The notes beneath the pieces were generated by a model that was given only the letters and a program-made list of their open reading frames with translations, was not told where the DNA came from and did not search any database. From Eledone cirrhosa (taxonomy: Eukaryota), in the NCBI GenBank assembly GCA_964016885.1, contig CAXHJY010000738.1, positions 186,001 to 250,000 on the forward strand: DNA of 64,000 nucleotides, written 5' to 3'. Positions 45,120 through 58,430 of this stretch are shown here, one piece after another (positions within the stretch are counted from its first letter, which is position 1; each line of letters begins with the position of its first letter). Position numbers and translations under genes: made by a program.

Positions 45120-48100
45120 TAGATATATTACAGTACACTGGGTATATTACAGTACAGTAGGTATATTACAGTACAGTAGATATATTACAGTACAGTAGGT
45201 ATAATACCATACAGTAGGTATATTACAGTACAGTAGGTATATTACAGTACAGTAGGTATAATACAGTACAGTAGATATATTGCAGTACAGTAGGTATATT
45301 ACACTACAGTAGGTATATTACAGTACAGTAGGTATATTAAAGTACAGTAGGTATAATACAGTACAGTAGGTATATTACAGTACAGTAGGTATATTACAGT
45401 ACAGTAGATATAATACAATACAGTAGATATATTGCAGTACAGTAGGTATATTACTGTACAGTAGGTATATTACAGTACAGTAGATATATTACAGTACAGT
45501 AGTTATATTACAGTACAGTAGGTATATTACAGTACAGTAGGTATATTACAGTACAGTAGATATGTTACAGTACAGTAGATATATTACAGTACAGTAGGTA
45601 TAATACAGTACAGTAGGTATATTACAGTACAGTAGGTATATTACAGTACAGTAGGTATATTACAGTACAGTAGGTATATTACACTACAGTAGGTATATTA
45701 CATTACAGTAGGTATATTAAAGTACAGTAGGTATAATACAGTACAGTAGGTATATTACAGTACAGTAGGGATAATACAGTACAGTAGATATGTTACAGTT
45801 CAGTAGGTATATTACAGTACAGTAGGTATATTACAGTACAGTAGGTATATTACAGTACAGTAGACATATTACAGTACAGTATGTATATTACAGTACAGTA
45901 GGTATATTACAGTACAGTAGGTATATTACAGTACAGTAGGTATATTACAGTACAGTAGACATATTACAGTACAGTAGGTATATTACAGTACAGTAGGTAT
46001 ATTACAGTACAGTAGGTATATTACAGTACAGTAGGTATATTACAGTACAGTAGGTATATTACAGTACAGTAGATAGATTACAGTACAGTAGATAGATTAC
46101 AGTACAGTAGATATATTACAGTACAGTAGGTATATTACAGTACAATAGATATATTACAGTACAGTAGGTATATTATAGTACAGTAGGTATATTACACTAC
46201 AGTAGGTATATTACAGTACAGTGGATATATTACAGTACAGTAGGTATATTACAGTACAGTATGTATATTACAGTACAGTAGGTATATTACAGTACAGTAG
46301 GTATATTACAGTACAGTAGGTATAATACAGTACAATAGGTATATCACAGTACAGTAGGTATATTACAGTACAGTAGGTATATTACAGTACAGTAGGTATA
46401 ATACAGTACAGTAGATATATTACAGTACAGTAGATATATTACAGTACAGTAGGTATATTATAGTACAGTAGGTATATTACAGTACAGTAGGTATAATACA
46501 GTAAAGTAGGTATATTACAGTACAGTAGGTATATTACACTACAGTAGGTATAATACAGTACAGTAGGTATATTACAGTACAGTAGGTATATTACAGTACA
46601 GTAGGTATGTTACAGTACATTAGGTATATTACAGTACAGTAGGTATATTACAGTACAGTAGGTATATTACAGTACAGTAGGTATATTACAGTACAGTAGA
46701 TATATTACAGTACAGTAGGTATATTACAGTACAGTAGGTATATTACAGTACAGTAGATAGAGTACAGTACAGTAGATATATTACAGTACAGTAGGTATAT
46801 TACAGTACAGTAGGTATAATACAGTACAGTAGGTATATTACAGTACAGTAGGTATATTACAGTACAGTAGGTATATTACAGTACAGTAGGTATATTACAG
46901 TACAGTAGGTATATTACAGTACAGTAGATATATTGCAGTACAGTAGGTATATTACAGTACAGTAGGGATAATACAGTACAGTAGATATGTTACAGTACAG
47001 TAGGTATATTACAGTACAGTAGGTATATTACAGTACAGTATGTATATTACAGTACAGTAGACATATTACAGTACAGTATGTATATTACAGTACAGTAGGT
47101 ATATTACAGTACAGTAGGTATATTACAGTACAGTAGGTATATTACAGTACAGTAGGTATATTACAGTACAGTAGATATATTACAGTACAGTAGGTATATT
47201 ACAGTACAGTAGGTATATTAGAGTACAGTAGGTATATTACAGTACAGTAGGTATATTACAGTACAGTAGGTATATTACAGTACAGTAGGTATATTACAGT
47301 ACAGTAGGTATATTACAGTACAGTAGGTATATTACAGTACAGTAGGTATATTACAGTACAGTAGGTATATTACAGTACACTAGGTATATTACAGTACAGT
47401 AGGTATATTACAGTACAGTAGATATATTACAGTACACTAGGTATATTACAGTACAGTAGGTATATTACAGTACAGTAGATATATTACAGTACAGTAGGTA
47501 TAATACCATACAGTAGGTATATTACAGTACAGTAGGTATATTACAGTACAGTAGGTATAATACAGTACAGTAGATATATTACAGTACAGTAGGTATATTA
47601 CACTACAGTAGGTATATTACAGTACAGTAAGTATATTAATGTGCAGTAGGTATAATACAGTACAGTAGGTATATTACAGTACAGTAGATATATTGCAGTA
47701 CAGTAGATATATTACAGTACAGTAGGTGTGTTACAGTACATTAGGTATATTACAGTACAGTAGGTATATTACAGTACAGTAGGTATATTACAGTACAGTA
47801 GGTATATTACAGTACAGTAGGTATGTTACAGTACAGTAGGTATATTACAGTACAGTAGGTATATTACAGTACAGTAGGTATATTACAGTACAGTAGATAT
47901 ATTACAGTACAGTAGGTATATTACAGTACAGTAGGTATATTACAGTACAGTAGATAGAGTACAGTACAGTAGATATATTACAGTACAGTAGGTATAATAC
48001 AGTACAGTAGGTATATTACAGTACAGTAGGTATATTACAGTACAGTAGGTATATTACAGTACAGTAGGTATATTACAGTACAGTAGGTATATTACAGTAC

Positions 48101-51100
48101 AGTAGGTATATTACAGTACAGTAGATATATTGCAGTACAGTAGGTATATTACAATACAGTAGATAGATTACAGTACATTAGATATATTACAGTACAGTAG
48201 ATGTATTACAGTACAATAGGTATATTACAGTACAGTAGGTATATTACAGTACAGTAGATATATTACAGTACAGTAGATATATTACAGTACAGTAGGTATA
48301 TTACAGTACAGTAGGTATATTACAGTACAGTAGGTATATTACAGTACAGTAGATATATTACAGTACAGTAGGTATAATACAGTACAGTAGGTATATTACA
48401 GTACAGTAGGTATATTACAGTACATTAGGTATATTACAGTACAGTAGTTATAATACAGTACAGTAGGTATATTACAGTACAGTAGGTATATTACAGTACA
48501 GTAGGTATATTACAGTACAGTAGGTATATTGCAGTACAGTAGGTATATTACAGTACAGTAGATATAATACAGTACAGTAGATATATTACAGTACAGTAGG
48601 TATATTACAGTACAGTTGGAATATTACAGTACAGTAGGTATATTACAGTACAGTAGGTATATTACAGTACAGTAGGTATATTACAGTACACTAGGTATAT
48701 TACAGTACAGTAGGTATATTACAGTACAGTAGATATATTACAGTACACTGGGTATATTACAGTACAGTAGGTATATTACAGTACAGTAGATATATTACAG
48801 TACAGTAGGTATAATACCATACAGTAGGTATATTACAGTACAGTAGGTATATTACAGTACAGTAGGTATAATACAGTACAGTAGATATATTGCAGTACAG
48901 TAGGTATATTACACTACAGTAGGTATATTACAGTACAGTAGGTATATTAAAGTACAGTAGGTATAATACAGTACAGTAGGTATATTACAGTACAGTAGGT
49001 ATATTACAGTACAGTAGATATAATACAATACAGTAGATATATTACAGTACAGTAGGTATATTACTGTACAGTAGGTATATTACAGTACAGTAGATATATT
49101 ACAGTACAGTAGTTATATTACAGTACAGTAGGTATATTACAGTACAGTAGGTATATTACAGTACAGTAGATATGTTACAGTACAGTAGATATATTACAGT
49201 ACAGTAGGTATAATACAGTACAGTAGGTATATTACAGTACAGTAGGTATATTACAGTACAGTAGGTATATTACAGTACAGTAGGTATATTACACTACAGT
49301 AGGTATATTACAGTACAGTAGGTATATTAAAGTACAGTAGGTATAATACAGTACAGTAGGTATATTACAGTACAGTAGGGATAATACAGTACAGTAGATA
49401 TGTTACAGTTCAGTAGGTATATTACAGTACAGTAGGTATATTACAGTACAGTAGGTATATTACAGTACAGTAGACATATTACAGTACAGTATGTATATTA
49501 CAGTACAGTAGGTATATTACAGTACAGTAGGTATATTACAGTACAGTAGGTATATTACAGTACAGTAGACATATTACAGTACAGTAGGTATATTACAGTA
49601 CAGTAGGTATATTACAGTACAGTAGGTATATTACAGTACAGTAGGTATATTACAGTACAGTAGGTATATTACAGTACAGTAGATAGATTACAGTACAGTA
49701 GATAGATTACAGTACAGTAGATATATTACAGTACAGTAGGTATATTACAGTACAATAGATATATTACAGTACAGTAGGTATATTATAGTACAGTAGGTAT
49801 ATTACACTACAGTAGGTATATTACAGTACAGTGGATATATTACAGTACAGTAGGTATATTACAGTACAGTATGTATATTACAGTACAGTAGGTATATTAC
49901 AGTACAGTAGGTATATTACAGTACAGTAGGTATAATACAGTACAATAGGTATATCACAGTACAGTAGGTATATTACAGTACAGTAGGTATATTACAGTAC
50001 AGTAGGTATAATACAGTACAGTAGATATATTACAGTACAGTAGATATATTACAGTACAGTAGGTATATTATAGTACAGTAGGTATATTACAGTACAGTAG
50101 GTATAATACAGTAAAGTAGGTATATTACAGTACAGTAGGTATATTACACTACAGTAGGTATAATACAGTACAGTAGGTATATTACAGTACAGTAGGTATA
50201 TTACAGTACAGTAGGTATGTTACAGTACATTAGGTATATTACAGTACAGTAGGTATATTACAGTACAGTAGGTATATTACAGTACAGTAGGTATATTACA
50301 GTACAGTAGATATATTACAGTACAGTAGGTATATTACAGTACAGTAGGTATATTACAGTACAGTAGATAGAGTACAGTACAGTAGATATATTACAGTACA
50401 GTAGGTATATTACAGTACAGTAGGTATAATACAGTACAGTAGGTATATTACAGTACAGTAGGTATATTACAGTACAGTAGGTATATTACAGTACAGTAGG
50501 TATATTACAGTACAGTAGGTATATTACAGTACAGTAGATATATTGCAGTACAGTAGGTATATTACAGTACAGTAGGGATAATACAGTACAGTAGATATGT
50601 TACAGTACAGTAGGTATATTACAGTACAGTAGGTATATTACAGTACAGTAGGTATATTACAGTACAGTAGACATATTACAGTACAGTATGTATATTACAG
50701 TACAGTAGGTATATTACAGTACAGTAGGTATATTACAGTACAGTAGGTATATTACAGTACAGTAGGTATATTACAGTACAGTAGATATATTACAGTACAG
50801 TAGGTATATTACAGTACAGTAGGTATATTAGAGTACAGTAGGTATATTACAGTACAGTAGGTATATTACAGTACAGTAGGTATATTACAGTACAGTAGGT
50901 ATATTACAGTACAGTAGGTATATTACAGTACAGTAGGTATATTACAGTACAGTAGGTATATTACAGTACAGTAGGTATATTACAGTACACTAGGTATATT
51001 ACAGTACAGTAGGTATATTACAGTACAGTAGATATATTACAGTACACTAGGTATATTACAGTACAGTAGGTATATTACAGTACAGTAGATATATTACAGT

Positions 51101-52965
51101 ACAGTAGGTATAATACCATACAGTAGGTATATTACAGTACAGTAGGTATATTACAGTACAGTAGGTATAATACAGTACAGTAGATATATTACAGTACAGT
51201 AGGTATATTACACTACAGTAGGTATATTACAGTACAGTAAGTATATTAATGTGCAGTAGGTATAATACAGTACAGTAGGTATATTACAGTACAGTAGATA
51301 TATTGCAGTACAGTAGATATATTACAGTACAGTAGGTATGTTACAGTACATTAGGTATATTACAGTACAGTAGGTATATTACAGTACAGTAGGTATATTA
51401 CAGTACAGTAGGTATATTACAGTACAGTAGGTATGTTACAGTACAGTAGGTATATTACAGTACAGTAGGTATATTACAGTACAGTAGGTATATTACAGTA
51501 CAGTAGATATATTACAGTACAGTAGGTATATTACAGTACAGTAGGTATATTACAGTACAGTAGATAGAGTACAGTACAGTAGATATATTACAGTACAGTA
51601 GGTATAATACAGTACAGTAGGTATATTACAGTACAGTAGGTATATTACAGTACAGTAGGTATATTACAGTACAGTAGGTATATTACAGTACAGTAGGTAT
51701 ATTACAGTACAGTAGGTATATTACAGTACAGTAGATATATTGCAGTACAGTAGGTATATTACAATACAGTAGATAGATTACAGTACATTAGATATATTAC
51801 AGTACAGTAGATGTATTACAGTACAATAGGTATATTACAGTACAGTAGGTATATTACAGTACAGTAGATATATTACAGTACAGTAGATATATTACAGTAC
51901 AGTAGGTATATTACAGTACAGTAGGTATATTACAGTACAGTAGGTATATTACAGTACAGTAGATATATTACAGTACAGTAGGTATAATACAGTACAGTAG
52001 GTATATTACAGTACAGTAGGTATATTACAGTACATTAGGTATATTACAGTACAGTAGTTATAATACAGTACAGTAGGTATATTACAGTACAGTAGGTATA
52101 TTACAGTACAGTAGGTATATTACAGTACAGTAGGTATATTGCAGTACAGTAGGTATATTACAGTACAGTAGATATAATACAGTACAGTAGATATATTACA
52201 GTACAGTAGGTATATTACAGTACAGTTGGAATATTACAGTACAGTAGGTATATTACAGTACAGTAGGTATATTACAGTACAGTAGGTATATTACAGTACA
52301 CTAGGTATATTACAGTACAGTAGGTATATTACAGTACAGTAGATATATTACAGTACACTGGGTATATTACAGTACAGTAGGTATATTACAGTACAGTAGA
52401 TATATTACAGTACAGTAGGTATAATACCATACAGTAGGTATATTACAGTACAGTAGGTATATTACAGTACAGTAGGTATAATACAGTACAGTAGATATAT
52501 TGCAGTACAGTAGGTATATTACACTACAGTAGGTATATTACAGTACAGTAGGTATATTAAAGTACAGTAGGTATAATACAGTACAGTAGGTATATTACAG
52601 TACAGTAGGTATATTACAGTACAGTAGATATAATACAATACAGTAGATATATTGCAGTACAGTAGGTATATTACTGTACAGTAGGTATATTACAGTACAG
52701 TAGATATATTACAGTACAGTAGTTATATTACAGTACAGTAGGTATATTACAGTACAGTAGGTATATTACAGTACAGTAGATATGTTACAGTACAGTAGAT
52801 ATAGTACAGTACAGTAGGTATAATACAGTACAGTAGGTATATTACAGTACAGTAGGTATATTACAGTACAGTAGGTATATTACAGTACAGTAGGTATATT
52901 ACACTACAGTAGGTATATTACAGTACAGTAGGTATATTAAAGTACAGTAGGTATAATACAGTACA
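45120..52965. repeat. 3,610-bp (190-monomer) tandem higher-order repeat, ~2.2 copies
   Basis: ATATCACAGT at 46341 and 49951; ATGTATTACA at 48201 and 51811; CACTGGG at 45136, 48746 and 52356. Confidence 0.93.
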
Positions 52966-55900
52966 GTAGTATATTACAGTACGGTAGGTATATTACAGTA
53001 CAGTAGATATATTACAGTACAGTAGGTATATTACAGTACAGTAGGTATATTACAGTACAGTAGGTATATTACAGTACAGTAGGTATATTACAGTACAGTA
53101 GGTATATTATAGTACAGTAGATATATTACAGTACAGTAGGTATATTACAGTACAGTAGGTATATTACAGTACAGTAGATATATTACAGTACAGTAGGTAT
53201 AATACAGTAAAGTAGGTATATTACAGTACAGTAGGTATATTACAGTACAGTAGGTATAATACAGTACAGTAGGTATATTACAGTACAGTAGGTATATTAC
53301 AGTACAGTAGGTATGTTACAGTACAGTAGGTATATTACAGTACAGTAGGTATATTACAGTACAGTAGGTATATTACAGTACAGTAGGTATATTACAGTAC
53401 AGTAGGTATATTACAGTACAGTAGATATATTACAGTACAGTAGGTATATTACAGTACAGTAGATATATTACAGTACAGTAGGTATATTACAGTACAGTAG
53501 GTATATTACAGTACAGTAGATATATTACAGTACAGTAGGTATAATACAGTACAGTAGGTATATTACAGTACAGTAGGTATATTACACTAAAGTAGATATA
53601 TTACAGTACAGTAGGTATATTACAGTACAGTAGGTATAATACCATACAGTAGGTATATTACAGTACAGTAGGTATATTACAGTACAGTAGGTATAATACA
53701 GTACAGTAGATATATTACAGTCAGTAGGTATATTACAGTACACTAGGTATATTACAGTACAGTATGTATATTACAGTACAGTAGTTATATTACAGTACAG
53801 TAGGTATATTACAGTACAGTAGGTATATTACAGTACAGTAGGTATATTACAGTACAGTAGATATATTACAGTACAGTAGGTATATTACAGTACAGTAGGT
53901 ATATTAGAGTACAGTAGGTATATTACAGTACAGTAGGTATATTACAGTACAGTAGGTATATTACAGTACAGTAGGTATAATACAGTACAGTAGGTATATT
54001 ACAGTACAGTAGGTATATTACAGTACAGTAGGTATATTACAGTACAGTGGGTATATTACAGTACAGTAGGTATATTACAGTACAGTATATATATTACAGT
54101 ACACTAGGTATATTACAGTACAGTAGGTATATTACAGTACAGTAGATATATTACAGTACACTAGGTATATTACAGTACAGTAGGTATATTACAGTACAGT
54201 AGATATATTACAGTACAGTAGGTATAATACCATACAGTAGGTATATTACAGTACAGTAGGTATATTGCAGTACAGTAGGTATAATACAGTACAGTAGATA
54301 TATTACAGTACAGTAGGTATATTACACTACAGTAGGTATATTACACTACAGTAGGTATATTAATGTGCAGTAGGTATAATACAGTACAGTAGGTATATTA
54401 CAGTACAGTAGATATATTGCAGTACAGTAGATATATTACAGTACAGTAGGTATGTTACAGTACATTAGGTATATTACAGTACAGTAGGTATATTACAGTA
54501 CAGTAGGTATATTACAGTACAGTAGGTATGTTACAGTACAGTAGGTATATTACAGTACAGTAGGTATATTACAGTACAGTAGGTATATTACAGTACAGTA
54601 GATATATTACAGTACAGTAGGTATATTACAGTACAGTAGGTATATTACAGTACAGTAGATAGAGTACAGTACAGTAGATATATTACAGTACAGTAGGTAT
54701 AATACAGTACAGTAGGTATATTACAGTACAGTAGGTATATTACAGTACAGTAGGTATATTACAGTACAGTAGGTATATTACAGTACAGTAGGTATATTAC
54801 AGTACAGTAGATATATTGCAGTACAGTAGGTATATTACAATACAGTAGATAGATTACAGTACATTAGATATATTACAGTACAGTAGATATATTACAGTAC
54901 AATAGGTATATTACAGTACAGTAGGTATATTACAGTACAGTAGATATATTACAGTACAGTAGGTATATTACAGTACAGTAGATATATTACAGTACAGTAG
55001 ATATTTTACAGTACAGTAGGTATATTACAGTACAGTAGGTATATTACAGTACAGTAGGTATATTACAGTACAGTAGATATATTACAGTACAGTAGGTATA
55101 ATACAGTACAGTAGGTATATTACAGTACAGTAGGTATATTACAGTACATTAGGTATATTACAGTACAGTAGTTATAATACAGTACAGTAGGTATATTACA
55201 GTACAGTAGGTATATTACAGTACAGTAGGTATATTACAGTACAGTAGGTATATTGCAGTACAGTAGGTATATTACAGTACAGTAGATATAATACAGTACA
55301 GTAGATATATTACAGTACAGTAGGTATATTACAGTACAGTTGGAATGTTACAGTACAGTAGGTATATTACAGTACAGTAGGTATATTACAGTACAGTAGG
55401 TATATTACAGTACACTAGGTATATTACAGTACAGTAGGTATATTACAGTACAGTAGATATATTACAGTACACTGGGTATATTACAGTACAGTAGGTATAT
55501 TACAGTACAGTAGATATATTACAGTACAGTAGGTATAATACCATACAGTAGGTATATTACAGTACAGTAGGTATATTACAGTACAGTAGGTATAATACAG
55601 TACAGTAGATATATTGCAGTACAGTCGGTATATTACACTACAGTAGGTATATTACAGTACAGTAGGTATATTAAAGTACAGTAGGTATAATACAGTACAG
55701 TAGGTATATTACAGTACAGTAGGTATATTACAGTACAGTAGATATAATACAATACAGTAGATATATTGCAGTACAGTAGGTATATTACTGTACAGTAGGT
55801 ATATTACAGTACAGTAGATATATTACAGTACAGTAGGTATATTACAGTACAGTAGGTATATTACAGTACAGTAGGTATATTACAGTACTGTAGATATATT

Positions 55901-56059
55901 ACAGTACAGTAGGTATATTACAGTACAGTAGGTATATTACAGTACAGTAGGTATATTACAGTACAGTAGGTATATTACAGTACAGTAGGTATATTACAGT
56001 ACAGTAGGTATATTACAGTACAGTAGGGATAATACAGTACAGTAGATATGTTACAGTAC

Positions 56060-58430
56060 AGTAGCTATATTACAGTACAGTAGGTATATTACAGTACAGT
56101 AGGTATATTACAGTACAGTAGGTATATTACACTACAGTAGGTATATTACAGTACAGTAGGTATATTAAAGTACAGTATGTATAACACAGTACAGTAGGTA
56201 TATTACAGTAGAGTAAGTATATTACAGTACAGTAGATATAATACAGTACAGTAGATATATTACAGTACAGTAGGTATATTACAGTACAGTAGGTATATTA
56301 CAGTACAGTAGGTATATTACAGTACAGTAGGTATATTACAGTACAGTAGGTATATTACAGTACAGTAGATAGATTACAGTACAGTAGATATATTACAGTA
56401 CAGTAGGTATATTACAGTACAGTAGGTATATTACAGTACAGTAGACATATTACAGTACAGTATGTATATTACAGTAGGTATATTACAGTACAGTAGGTAT
56501 ATTACAGTACAGTAGGTATATTACCGTACAGTAGATAGATTACAGTACAGTAGATATATTACAGTACAGTAGGTATATTACAGTACAGTAGGTATATTAC
56601 AGTACAGTAGACATATTACAGTACAGTATGTATATTACAGTACAGTAGGTATAATACAGTACAGTAGGTATATTACAGTACAGTAGGTATATTACAGTAC
56701 AGTAGTTATATTACAGTACAGTAGTTATATTACAGTACAGTAGGTATAATACAGTACAGTAGGTATATTACAGTACAGTAGGTATATTACAGTACAGTAG
56801 GTATATTACAGTACAGTAGGTATATTACAGTACAGTATATATATTACAGTACACTAGGTATATTACAGTACAGTAGGTATATTACAGTACAGTAAATATA
56901 TTACAGTACAATAGGTAATTTACAGTACAGTAGGTATATTACAGTACAGTAGATATATTACAGTACAGTAGGTATAATACCATACAGTAGGTATATTACA
57001 GTACAGTAGGTATATTACAGTACTGTAGGTATAATACAGTACAGTAGATATATTACAGTACAGTAGGTATATTACACTACAGTAGGTATATTACAGTACA
57101 GTAGGTATATTAAAGTACAGTAGGTATAATACAGTACAGTAGGTATATTACAGTACAGTAGGTATATTACAGTACAGTAGGTATATTACAGTACAGTAGG
57201 TATATTACAGTACAGTAGGTATATTACACTACAGTAGGTATATTACAGTACAGTAGGTATATTAAAGTACAGTAGGTATAATACAGTACAGTAGGTATAT
57301 TACAGTAGAGTAGGTATATTACAGTACAGTAGATATAATACAGTACAGTAGATATATTACAGTACAGTAGGTATATTACAGTACAGTAGGTATATTACAG
57401 TACAGTAGGTATATTACAGTACAGTAGGTATATTACAGTACAGTAGGTATATTACAGTACAGTAGATAGATTACAGTACAGTAGATATATTACAGTACAG
57501 TAGGTATATTACAGTACAGTAGGTATATTACAGTACAGTAGATATATTACAGTACAGTAGGTATATTACAGTACAGTAGATATATTACAGTACAGTAGAT
57601 ATATTACAGTACAGTAGGTATATTACAGTACAGTAGGTATATTACAGTACATTAGGTATATTACAGTACAGTAGGTATAATACAGTACAGTAGATATATT
57701 ACAGTACAGTAGGTATATTACAGTACAGTAGGTATATTACAGTACAGTAGATATATTACAGTACAGTAGGTATAATAGAGTAAACTAGGTATATTACAGT
57801 ACAGTAGGTATATTACAGTACAGTAGTTATAATACAGTACAGTAGGTATATTACAGTACAGTAGGTATATTACAGTACAGTAGGTATGTTACAGTAGGTA
57901 TATTACAGTACAGTAGGTATATTACAGTACAGTAGGTATATTACAGTACAGTAGGTATATTACAGTACAGTAGGTATATTACAGTACAGTAGGTATATTA
58001 CAGTACAGTAGGTATATTACAGTACAGTAGGTATATTACAGTACAGTAGGTATATTACAGTACAGTAGATATATTACAGTACAGTAGGTATATTACAGTA
58101 CAGTATGTATATTACAGTACAGTAGGTATAATACAGTACAGTAGGTATATTACAGTACAGAAGGTATATTACAGTACAGTAGGTATATTACAGTACAGTA
58201 GGTATATTACAGTACAGTAGATATATTACAGTACAGTAGGTATATTACACTACAGTAGATATATTACAGTACAGTAGGTATATTACAGTACAGTAGTTAT
58301 ATTACAGTACAGTAGGTATAATACAGTACAGTAGGTATATTACAGTACAGTAGGGATAATACAGTACAGTAGATATGTTACAGTTCAGTAGGTATATTAC
58401 AGTACAGTAGGTATATTACAGTACAGTAGG
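56060..58430. repeat. Distant copy of block ~36950-39350
   Basis: Same rare markers in the same order, including the 5-bp deletion (~37365/~56471) and GAGTAAACTAG (TAAACT 38693/57781). Confidence 0.92.
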
